From Azolla caroliniana (lineage: Eukaryota; Plantae; Polypodiophyta): DNA of 64,000 bases. Numbering within the stretch: the first letter of the stretch is position 1; each line of letters starts with the position of its first letter. A program made the translations under genes and the position numbers. The stretch covers positions 14,260,001-14,324,000 of the forward strand of contig JBHGNT010000014.1 in assembly GCA_043228905.1 (NCBI GenBank), read 5' to 3'. Positions 1 through 10,249 of the stretch are shown piece by piece. The notes under the pieces are model-generated. The model had not been told where the DNA came from, searched no databases, and saw nothing but the letters and a program-made list of their open reading frames with translations.

Positions 1-359
1 GGAAATCGTGGTCGCAAGACACATTTCAAATTGCACGTGCGATCTACGCCGTCGGATCATTATCCGAAAAAAAAGCGCCACCCAAAAACCAACCTGGCTC
101 TGACCATCAGCTCTGTCAAGTCTAACCCGGCTCTATCACGTCCAACTCGGCACAAAGTTTCTAACCCGAATGCTTTTTCTCTGACTTGGGACCAAATTTA
201 CAACCTGGCTACCTACACCTACCCCAACTGAAATTTCTAAAGAGGCACCTTTTTTAAAATGAAAATCTAAGATTCCCCAAAAATACTCATTAACATTTTC
301 AGAAAACAATATTTTGGAGTTTAGATGTAAAAACTCAGCAAAACCAAAACCAAAACTCA

Positions 360-1511
360 TTGGAGGTATGGTGGCAGACACCAGGAACAAACAACTTGAA
401 AAAGTTTTTTGAGTACAATACCAAGCTAGGAAGACGAATCATTGGATCCAAAACAGTGGGTGTTGCAATGATTCACAATAGTTGGAAGGATAAAGGCATT
501 TCAGACGACGATTTGAAGTCATTTTGGAGGAGACTATGGGCATTGGATATGCCAAAAAAATTTAAGGCTTGGTTGTGGCTTCTTTGCCACAAGGCGGTAC
601 CAGTAGGCGAGTGATTGAGTTCCCGTGGTGGTGAGGTTGGCTATAAGTTATGTGGACATGCTTTGGAATCAATCTCTCACTATTTTTGGAATTGTACAAA
701 GGCGATTACCATTTGGAGTAGAAGCCTTTGAATCGTGGCAGCCTGTGGTGTGAAAGGGAACGTTGTGTGGGGCTCCATACAAGGACTGTCTCTAAAAGGG
801 GAAAGCTAGGGTGAACAGTTAAAACCCACAAGGACATGGATTTATTTGTGCAGGGTGGTAGCGTGTTCCAATGTGATGGGGTGAGACCGGGCACAAATTC
901 TGAATTTTTTGAGGAGATTTGGCTTATGGTGACGTGTTTAACAGTCTGGCACATTTGGATCAGGCACTGTAAGTTTGTTTTTCAGCAGCAAAAGCTCACA
1001 TGTGGGGAGGTGATGTTAAATATCTTGTTTGAGCTTATGGCTTGGTTGCGGGGTCGATATGATTCGATTCAGGGTGAATCAAAAGAAGCAAAAAGGGCAA
1101 GGTCAAAGTTCTTGCTGAAATGGAGTGGTTCTCCCATGATAGTCAAATCTTCGGCGAGGCCTAAGTGGAATTACCAGGCGCCTAGGTGGCTATTTCCATC
1201 GATGGCTCCCAATATTGTACATGGGTTGTAATTATGTATGTATAACTGAAGCAAAAGTGGATTAGTATAGTCATGTTACCCGGATAATGTTGCTAGAAAA
1301 GAGTTAGTTGGGAGATGTAGAGTCGGGGTAAATTGGGGTTTATTTCAATTTTGTTGGAGTTAAGGGTCAGGTGAGTTTTTGCTATTTTTATTTGATAGTT
1401 TTAGAGTTATTCCTCCAAGTTGTATATGTTGATCCCATTGTGGATTCGAGTAAACTCTGTTGTATTCTATTTGCTAACTAATGCAAAGTAGTGTTTTTTT
1501 GGAAAAAAAAA
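360..1511 (+). mobile_element. L1-type LINE 3' fragment (ORF2 C-terminus with zf-RVT region, 3' UTR, A tail), degenerate
   Basis: ORFs 360-614 and 836-1231 give FWRRLW..PKKFKAWLWLLCHKAVPVGE, then LCGHALESISHYFWNC and VWHIWIRHC..VF, typical of the plant L1 ORF2 C-terminus. It ends in T7-GG-A9 at 1494-1511. Stops and frameshifts are present. Confidence 0.85.
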
Positions 1512-2188
1512 GCTCACCAAAACCTTGGCCCAGTAGTGAATTTATAAAAAATGTCAACAAGTTTAGCCACCAATTGGGCCATTCAAAAATAAAATTGTAA
1601 CCAACATAAAAATTTCAATCACCAATGTCTGCAACAAAAGACTAGAAAATCTTGAAAGGTCACAAATTTCTAGTCACGAGTCTAAACAAAGCATGAAAGA
1701 TGATTGAAAACACCTAGCCTTCTCATATTTAAATGAAAGTTAAAATTTTAGCCACTTCTAAATTTTCAGCCACTAGTTTTTTCAACATGACTAGACACTT
1801 CAAAGATCACATGTTGAAGTCGACATGTCATACATGTTCTGAGATCAAAATTTCAGAGTTGTACATATACAAACTCTAGACACTACAAACCTAAAAAATT
1901 ACAAGATGTAATGTAAACAAAAACTCAAAATTCATGGCTCTTGTTCAAATGATTGCAAGATACACCCATAATTTTTGCAACAATTTGCATTACAGTTTCT
2001 TGAAGTCAATGTAAAGCCATCACAATGCAAACACCGAACCTTCTCAATCTTGCATATTGGCAACCGCCTCTTAACACGACCAGCACCTCTCTGTAGTCTT
2101 CCGGTGTGTTTTGGTCATTTTTGGGGTCTGCCAATAAGTTCTTGCAAGATTTCAGAAAGTGGCTCCTCTTTTTGCACCAACTTGTTGT

Positions 2189-2562
2189 TGTCACGGACAA
2201 ATAGACGAGGCTCAATACTAAGAGAGTGAGAGAGAGATCATAGACAAGATAATAAGAAAGAGAGAGAGAAAGTAGTCAAGAGAACAAGAACTGAATTATG
2301 ATTCCGTGTGTTGAATCCCTTGAAAGGGACCAAGGAGGTTACAAGTATTTATATTGTGAGTCGAAGTACATGCATTAGAATATTCGGAAGAATATTCTAG
2401 AACCCACTAGAACCTTCTAGTTCTAGGAGTGTTTAGATAATATACTAATAATCTACTAAGAATACATAACATGACCATATATTTGGATGTGTTGGTTAGA
2501 ACACAACACTTGACTATATACAAGAGGTCAAGAGTTCAAATCTTATCATCATGTTTGTGACA
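2189..2562 (-). mobile_element. probable solo LTR resembling the chromovirus G LTR
   Basis: TGTCAC...GTGACA inverted termini. Layout matches the G LTRs: GA-rich block, tatttata (minus-strand TATA), TTCTAGAA-type repeats, then a tRNA-like module. No TSD recognised. Confidence 0.55.
2478..2548 (+). promoter_or_regulatory. tRNA-like Pol III A/B-box module inside solo LTR
   Basis: D-loop-like GTGTTGGTTAGA, then AGAGGTC and T-arm AAGAG-TTCAAAT-CTT at tRNA spacing. Confidence 0.5.
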
Positions 2563-3014
2563 TCACGAATAACCTAAGCATAAATCATTAATTATTGGTA
2601 CCGACTCATATTCATTCATGTGATACTCACAAACATGCCTACGGTAGATAGATACGAAAACGAAGAACACAATGCATGCACAATCAAATATGCAAGCCAC
2701 AAGAATCTAATAGCATGCAACCCTAAACCCTAACCATAAATCATCAATCATTAATATCGACCCTAAACATCCCTACACTAGACAGATTAACAAACGAAGA
2801 AAGTACTTACCAAGCGGAGGTTTAGGTTCAGGTATTGGTGCAAGTGCAGGTGGTTGAGCACAAGTGTAGGTGTAGGTGCAACTCGTCAAGCGCAAGAGCC
2901 GGTACAAGTGTAGTTGGTCAAGCGTAGGTGCAACAAATTTCAAAAATTCAAAAATTGGCAAAAAAATATAAATGTGGAAGGTTTTAGCCACGCTTTAGTT
3001 GGAGTGGGGCTAGG

Positions 3015-3245
3015 TGCACTACGATGCTAGGTTAGGTTAGAATGTGAGATTGGGTTTGAAGGACAAGGTTAGGTTCTAACGTTGGGTTAGGTAAGAAGGT
3101 CTGAGTTAGGTTCAAAGGACCTAGTTGAGTCGAATGTCGGTTTAGGTTCGAAGGGTCGGTTTAGATTAGAGCAATGGGTTAAGTTTGAACACCAAGTTAG
3201 GTTCGAAGGACCAGGTAAGAAGTCTAAAATAGTTCGGGTTAGGTA
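3015..3245. repeat. degenerate short tandem repeats (GGTTAGGTTC[G/A]AAGG-like)
   Basis: Recurring ttaggttcgaagg / ttaggttcaaagg / ggttagg motifs. Confidence 0.5.
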
Positions 3246-3391
3246 ATATCATGGCAAGATTTGCTTGAGTTAGACATGGCAGAGGCTGGTCAGAGCCACG
3301 TTGGTTCTCAAGCATGCACTTTTTGTGGATAAAGACTTGACGGTGCAAATCACATGCACCATTTGAAATGCACCCTGACAGAAGTACCGAC

Positions 3392-3732
3392 AGGTACTTC
3401 AATGCTCATACGAGCGACTGACACTAACTATGAGACAATGATTACCTAGTAGTCTAGGCTACTACTACGCTTCCAGTTCCCACTTGAATCCGGCTCTCCG
3501 ACTTTGTACCGACTTTGTATAAATAGTGCATATTATTGCACATTGTATGTACAGAGTTTTCAGAGTGTTATTTTGAATTGAGTTTATGTTTTGCTCTCTC
3601 TCTCTCTCTATCTCTATCTCTCCCACGCGTATTCTCTATGTATTAAGCTTCTTCATTAAACCTTCATCTTATTCTCTATTGTTATCTGGCTGAGCCGGTT
3701 CTGTCTAACGCTTGTGCACGTTAACATCAACA
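3392..3732 (+). repeat. 5' LTR of Copia A (5'-truncated, first ~110 bp inverted)
   Basis: 3511-3732 is collinear with ~26745-26956; 3392-3500 is the reverse complement of 26621-26729. Confidence 0.85.
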
Positions 3733-3826
3733 TGGTATCAAAGTGCAAGGGTTGAGAACCTCTATAGCTGACACTTGCTTCCGTAGACGAACCCTAGAAC
3801 CTGGTAACAATAGACAGAGAGAAGAT

Positions 3827-5115
3827 ATGGACAGAGGTATGGCGAGTTCACTTGCAATAGAGAAGCTCGACCGGAGCAACTACGTGTCCCGGTCATACAA
3901 GATGCACCAGTACCTGTTGGGGCATGGATATTGGAGCTTCGTGGAACGAACGAATGAGGTAGCACCAAAGTTGACACACAGTGACTTCCCGATATGGGAG
4001 CAAGGAGCGAGCCGAGTCTTGTATTGCCTCACGTCTTCTGTGCATGACCAGATGCTCGGCTACATAAAGGATGCAAAAACGCCGAAGGAGGCCTTCGGAA
4101 ATATGAGGAAGATTTTTGTCGTGAGTACCACAGCCCGTAAGTTGCAGCTTCGGCAAGAGCTGAACAACATCCGGCAAAGAGAAATGTCAGTTACGGATTA
4201 CACCACCAAAATAAAGGAGATTTGTGACGTAATCGGGGCCATCAACGTGACGGTGGACGAAGACGAGATGGTACAAATCTGCCTCAGTGGTCTAGCGCAA
4301 AGGTACGGGCCAATCCAGACAGCGATCTGCACCCGGGAGAAGCCACCGTCCTTCTTCGACTTGCAATCAATGCTGATGATCGAAGAAAACCATGTGAGTG
4401 GGTCCAAGATGCTATACACGGAGACTAATCGGCCCCATGGACGTGGTGGACGAGGTGGGTGGCACGCAATGGAGGCGGCCATCAAGAGCAGGACCGAAGG
4501 CACAGAAGTGGTGCCGACAACAGTTCTGGACCCTCCACAAGTAGTGGGAGTCAAAGCGGTGCCGGAAGCCGACACGGAATGCTGGTATTGTGGAAAAAAG
4601 AGCCATAGGGAAAGCGAGTGTTGGAAGAAGCGTGCCAATTTGGACAAATCCGGATCCGGCAAGGTCGGACAAGGGAACCGGCAAAGCTCGCACTACGTAA
4701 AAGGATCAGAAGGATCCAGAACCAGGAAGACCGGTAAAGGGCCAGCCTTTGTGATGAAGCACAAGGCTAACTCGATGAAGAAGACTACTTCCAAATCAGA
4801 GGAAGTATGGTATGTTGATTCCAGAGCGTCCAACCACATGACAAGCCATGAAGAATGATTCTCCTTCTTGGAAAAGCCGGAACAACTAGGGATTGTTGAA
4901 ACCGTCGATGACACCCCTCACCCGATTGTCATGTCGGAGAAGTCCCTTTAAGACATGTCGGACAAAAGGGAAAGCAAATGAACGTACTACACGTTCCAAC
5001 TATCACAAAGAACCTGGTGTCGGTTGGACAAATCATCGACCAAGGGATGCAGGTGCGGTTTACGCACCTCTAGTGCTTAATTGAGGAAGAAGGTCGTATA
5101 ATCGCGCAAGGGCGT
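3827..5115 (+). pseudogene. gag: Copia A gag and protease (disrupted)
   Basis: IEKLDRSNY..YKMHQYLLGHGYW, zinc knuckle CWYCGKKSHRESEC, protease WYVDSRASNHMT; stop at 4858 and frameshifts. Confidence 0.9.
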
Positions 5116-5747
5116 TGTCGTGTGAATCTTCACACACTATGTAAAAAAATAATGAAATAATTATTTTAGATTAGATTAGTAGCTTGTTATAGAAATATGG
5201 ATGTACTCAAGAGCTTCAAAACGCATTTTACTACATACAAAATAGACAACTACATATCAAGTTAAGTAGACATGAAGCTTGAGAAGATAGGGAAAATAGA
5301 ATTTTGAAGTATCCCACATAGATAGGAAACTTAAGGCCCTGGCTATATAAGCACATTGAGATCCCTCATTTTTCATTTGTGCTAAGAGCACTTTGGCCAC
5401 TTTGTCTAGATGGATGAATGTGGCCAAGTTCCTAAAAACCGACTAGCAATCAAACGGAACCGGTCAGTAATGAAACCAGAACTAGTCGGTAATCAAAATG
5501 GAACCGGCCGGTAAGCGAACCGGAACCGGCTGGTAAGCAACTCGGAATCGGTCGTTAAGCAAATCTGAACCGGCAAAATCGGCAATCGGATAGTGTCGGA
5601 AATCGGGCAGATTCAACAACCAGCGATGATCGAGACGGATAGATGATAGGATCATGTGGCTAATTAAAGTAAACTAAACTAAAGTAAAGTAAAGGTCATG
5701 TGGACGGTCGCATGAACCTAAAAGAAAAAGCCATGCAACTAAAAGTA

Positions 5748-6549
5748 TGACGGGAACTTGTCGTTCCTTATGCGCAAGACTCGGCCACAACCGAGATTCT
5801 TTTCATACACAGAAAGCGGGAAATAGAACACGACACAAAGAAGAGAAATGGTACACAGGAGGTTAACGTGGAAAACCCCAAACTAGGGGAAAAAACCAAG
5901 GCAGCCCACAGGCTGCAAACTGTCACTATGTATGAATGTACAAAACAGTGAGTACACGGAGGCAACGACCTCGGGCTCACGATCTTCGCCATAGGCGGCG
6001 GTTACAACAGAGGCAACGACCTCGTTCTCTCTCTCTCTCTCTCTCTGTACAGTTACACGCTCTCTCTTCTTCTTGCACCAACAAGGAAGAATGACAACAA
6101 CAACATAAAAGTTTGCCCTAAGTCATATTTATACTAATATGACTTTTCGGCTATTTACAAATGTAGCCACAATGGGCTCTCAGAAACATATTTACGAATA
6201 TGTCTCTTCCTCCGGTTCATACCGGTTCTGCACCATCCGGCTCTCCGTAGCCGGGTACTCCTCATCCGGTTCACACCGGGCCTGCACCATCCGGCTCTCC
6301 ATAGCCAGGTACTACTCATCTGGTTCACACCGGGCCTGTATCATCTGGCTCTCCATAGCCGGGTACTCCTCATCCGGCTCCCACCGGGCCTGTATCATCC
6401 GGTTCTCCGTAGCCGGGTACTCCTCATCTGGTTCACACCGGGCCTGTATCATCCGGTTCTCCGTAGCCGGGTACTCCTCATACCGTTTCGGCACTATTCG
6501 TCGGCACTGTTCTTCTCCCTTCCCATCCGGAGGAACCTATCTCCCAACA
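5748..6549 (-). repeat. 3' LTR of Copia C with five 54-bp tandem units (6211-6480)
   Basis: Direct repeat of 21686-22444; unit TCCGGTTCACACCGGGCCTGTATCATCCGGCTCTCCGTAGCCGGGTACTCCTCA. Confidence 0.93.
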
Positions 6550-6559
6550 AACTCCCCCT

Positions 6560-6870
6560 TCACTCCGGCATGGGGTGTCTTACCAGTCCGATTCTCTTCC
6601 GGCATGCATCCAGCTTGTCGGGTGTCAGCACTTTGGTCAGCATATCTGACCCGTTCTCAGCCGTGTGGATCTTCGTCAGTGCGAACTCCTGGTCATCTAC
6701 TCTTTCCCGGATCCAGTGATACCTCCGCTGGATATGCTTCGTCAGGGAATGGTAGGCCACATTTTTAGCAAGGTGGATGGCACTTTGACTGTCGCAATAG
6801 AGTCGGTATTCCTCTTGCCGTATACCGAGCTCTCCGATGAAGTCCTTCATCCATAATATTTCCTTGCCGG
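6560..6870 (-). pseudogene. pol: Copia C RNase H C-terminal part
   Basis: LYCDSQSAIHLAKN...HIQRRYHWIRE...ENGSDMLTK; joins YMAAVEAG (13059) once D is removed. Confidence 0.9.
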
Positions 6871-7428
6871 TGTCGTGCCTTTCGGCTCCGGATCGTTTGC
6901 GTGAGTCGGGTGGGAACCACTGGGGTTTTGGACTAGGAAGAAGAGAGTTTTAAGGCTAATAAGAATATAAATATGTTGTAAGAAAGAGTTATAGCAAACT
7001 CGTGAATCCCACGAGTGTATTGTATTAGATTAATCAATATGAATATAAGAATATAAACTTCGGTTGAAAGAGAATGATATAGAATTCTCGTGAATCCCAC
7101 GAGTATAGTTTATTAATTGGTGTTTTTTAGAAACATATCTAGTTTCCAAATATTTTTCACACACAATTACATTGTGCTTCCCATCCTTATGTAGTGATGA
7201 GGAAGTCTTAGTAATCCATGCTTTTTCTCTAACTATAGACCCCATGCTTTTCCTATAGATAGACTATATGCTTTATCTAAAGTGATCATGCTTTTTCTAA
7301 CTTGTGCGTTTTTTATCATTCACGCTAGATGTGTATGTGTAGCTTTTTCTTTTGTTATGCGTTTTTCTAATGTTTATCCTAGCGTGAATTTACCTTTCTA
7401 TGTGGGACATCTATGCTTTAACACTAAT

Positions 7429-7500
7429 GAAATGCTAGTGTAATGGTAAAACATTACATTATTAACATGGAGGTGCAAGGTTCGAATCTTGCCCTATGCA
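7429..7500 (+). promoter_or_regulatory. tRNA-like Pol III A/B-box module in D 3' LTR
   Basis: A-box TAGTGTAATGG, B-box GGTTCGAATC at tRNA spacing; D-arm GTGT/ACAT; acceptor stem does not pair. Confidence 0.7.
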
Positions 7501-7599
7501 TGTTCCATTTATTTTGCTATTTTCTTCTATTTCTTCATTTTTTATTGAATCTAATACTATATATGTTTTTCACGTAGTGTACAAAATACACTACGACAC

Positions 7600-9075
7600 T
7601 CACCCCCTCCAAACCCGCACATCCTCCGGTATGTGCCGAAGTTGTTGGTGTTTGTTAGTCTCCTCCGTCCGGTCTCTACCCGATTGGTTTCGTTGCCGGC
7701 TCGTAGTACCCTCGACTTCTCTTGTTATGTTGACTTTGTCTCTCCATTTGGAGCACATCCATTCTTTCCACCCGAACCATTGTCGACATCCGATCCACCA
7801 TAGTCTTCGTTCGTTTTTTGCATGGCCCGCTTGGTCCTTGTCATCCGCGGTAGTATCTTTTCTTGCCCTCTTTCTTTTCTTCATCAATCTCGACTTCTTT
7901 TCGGATTTTTGGTTTAGTCGGATTAGCTTACTTCCGATTCGGTCTCGTCGGATCGTCTTTCGTTTAGTTCGGCTTCCTTTCCGATTTGTATTCGGTTGAT
8001 CGGTTTTTACCGATTCAGTGCTCTTTCGGGTCGGTTTCTTTTCTTTTCTTTTCGTCCGGATTTGCTTTCTTTTCTTTGTTTTCACCTGCCTTGTCCGGTT
8101 CGACTTTCGGCACTTCTTTCCGTTGTTCGCTACGTAGGTCCTCCGATATGTGCTCGTTGTTCGGTCCTCGTGTGGTTGTAATGCATGCTTCTTTTCTCGC
8201 CGTAGCGCGTGCTTCTTTATTCGCCATAACACGCGTTTCTTTATTCGCCGTAGAGCGTGCTCTGTATTACGCGCTTCTCCCGTCGTAGACCCGACCTCCG
8301 CATTGTCGCACTTTCTTTTAGATTGGAATTTCGGATGGATCATTTTCCATCCGAACCGACTTCCGACTTTACCTTCCTCGCCGCCATCTCCCGTCTCTCC
8401 GGTCTCACGTTGGTTCTCGGACACAACCGCCGAAGTCTCTAGATATTGTTGGCATGAATCCTCGGTATTACCTTCTTTCGTAGTTTCACCCTTAGCATTC
8501 TTCTCGGCTATCTCTTCATCGTATTCGTCGGCTTCGACATTCGTTTTCTCTCCGCCACCTTCCGTCTCTTCGGTCTCACGTTGCCTTTCGATCGCAACCG
8601 CCGGAGTCTCTAGAATTAGTGGTGGGGAAGTCTCGATATGGCCATCCGTCGTTGATTCGTCCATAGCCACCTTCGATTCGATGTCATCTTTCGTGGCGAC
8701 CTCCTCAATCAAGTCCTCCTTGCTCTCTTTCACTGCATCAATTATGCTTACCCCTTTTTCACCCGATGTTTCGGACACTTGTATTCTTAAATCTTCTTCT
8801 ACACTATTGGCCTTATCCTTCATCGTTGTTCTTTCGCAAGACAAGAGGGTAGCTTGTTTTACACCCTCTTCCGTCGCACCATCATGTTGTATTTCGGCCT
8901 TCATATCGGCTCCATCGTTTTTCCTCAATCGACCATCCTTCATGGGCCATGTCGTTGTTGACGAGATTCTCAGCTTCCTTTCATCATGTCTTCGGCATAC
9001 CCTTTCGACTTTAGCCCAATCCTCGGTAAGGCCGTTCGCACCGTCATCATCTTCGAGTTCGATCCCAATGTTCAT
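7600..9075 (-). CDS. extra ORF of Gypsy D (491 aa): gag-like N-terminus, acidic then basic low-complexity region
   Basis: Open frame; NIGIELEDDDGANGLTEDWAKVERVCRR resembles DLGVLLEDTTTESGLTETWESVRDIVAR in the element's own gag; ends at the PPT. Confidence 0.6.
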   Translation of the reverse strand: MNIGIELEDDDGANGLTEDWAKVERVCRRHDERKLRISSTTTWPMKDGRLRKNDGADMKAEIQHDGATEEGVKQATLLSCERTTMKDKANSVEEDLRIQVSETSGEKGVSIIDAVKESKEDLIEEVATKDDIESKVAMDESTTDGHIETSPPLILETPAVAIERQRETEETEGGGEKTNVEADEYDEEIAEKNAKGETTKEGNTEDSCQQYLETSAVVSENQRETGETGDGGEEGKVGSRFGWKMIHPKFQSKRKCDNAEVGSTTGEARNTEHALRRIKKRVLWRIKKHALRREKKHALQPHEDRTTSTYRRTYVANNGKKCRKSNRTRQVKTKKRKQIRTKRKEKKPTRKSTESVKTDQPNTNRKGSRTKRKTIRRDRIGSKLIRLNQKSEKKSRLMKKRKRARKDTTADDKDQAGHAKNERRLWWIGCRQWFGWKEWMCSKWRDKVNITREVEGTTSRQRNQSGRDRTEETNKHQQLRHIPEDVRVWRG

Positions 9076-10115
9076 CCTTTCGTCGGAATGTCATCGAGGA
9101 ACGGCATCGTTATCTCCGGAATGCAGTCTCGAAGCACCTTGTTCATCGCATTCATCATATGAGCAACCGAGTTTGTCGCTCCTTGTGGTAGTGTGCACAT
9201 TTGGACTAATCCTATCGGTGTTCGCATGGTTGTGATGTCTCGGCTCTCCACGGCTAGTTGGAATTGGTCATACCCCGAGTATAGGTCTCCGATGGAGTAT
9301 ATCGCACAACCGGCAAAAGCTTCCGCAAATTCGTCCACTATCGGACCGACTCCCGAGTTCCGGATCGTGACCTTATTCACCGGTTGCAAGTCTTGGATAA
9401 ATCGGAGTGACCCATTCTTCTTCGGAACTGTAAACCATCGATTTGAGTACGGAGCAGTTGATGGTTCTAGAATCCCCATCGCCACCTTCTCCTTGAGCAA
9501 GTCAATGACTTTCGGAATATGCGCTCGTGGCACGGGAATCGGCTTCAGATTCCACGGTACATGGTCAATCTTAAAGATCACCATCGGCTCCACTATTCTC
9601 GGATCGACGCACCCTATCTCCCTTGATGTAAATGCAAACGCTTTGCCGTGTTGCTCCAACATCTCGCGAAACCGTTCTTCTTCTTTCTGTAATAGGAACC
9701 CACCTCCACCGATCCGAAGTTTCTTCCGGGTCTCATCCGTGAAGGCATGTCCGATATCCACGGACTTCCGAAGTGTCGGATCTCTTGAGACTTCTTTCCT
9801 CTTTTGTTCGCTATCGGCGGGTAGTGGTCCCGCGGCCGGTTTCACCTTCTTCTCCATGGTCTTGTATTTCGTACTTACCATTGCTTCTTCTTTGCGGAGC
9901 GTATCCGGCTCCATTTTCGCAATGATCTCGTACATCTCGACCGATTCCACCGGGACTACCCGGTTCCCTTGGCTTTTATCTTCCGCAAGCTCTTCAAGTC
10001 GTTGTAGCGTGCTCCCATAGAACACTTCCTCGACTATCCCCACGATTTCTTCATCTTCTTTTATTATTGATGCCGACCGCAACTTATCCTCCACTTGTCG
10101 GTATCCTTTCTTCAA
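9072..10115 (-). pseudogene. pol: Gypsy D reverse transcriptase, truncated just after the FLDD motif
   Basis: PYSNRWFTVPKKNGSLRFIQDLQPVN, DLYSGYDQF, LPQGATNS, FLDDIP then stop; no RH or INT follows. Confidence 0.9.
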
Positions 10116-10249
10116 TCCTCCGGTTACGGTCGTGTACGTAGATGCCCCATCCGGACCGATTCGTACATGTTTTGCTCCGAGAGTTTTCTTCCTATGTGGG
10201 GTATCAGGGCTTCTCGGACTATCACTTCCCCACTCCGCAACAGTCCGCT

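Noticed and set aside
2720-2775. CCCTAAA-like motifs as an interstitial telomere
   Set aside because: Only one to two degenerate units, and not at an evident junction.
6139-6768. 209-aa ORF with 18-aa repeats (also 22075-22584); CRISPR-like periodicity
   Set aside because: It is a translation of the 54-bp LTR tandem repeat; there are no unique spacers or cas genes, and the context is eukaryotic.
7429-7500. Functional tRNA gene, possibly with a TTA (ochre suppressor) anticodon
   Set aside because: The acceptor stem does not pair, the anticodon loop lacks U33, and the loop is not conserved among modules; kept only as a tRNA-like promoter module.
8150-10020. Long plus-strand ORFs (361 aa, 275 aa)
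   Set aside because: Antisense shadows of Gypsy D coding sequence with no recognisable motifs.
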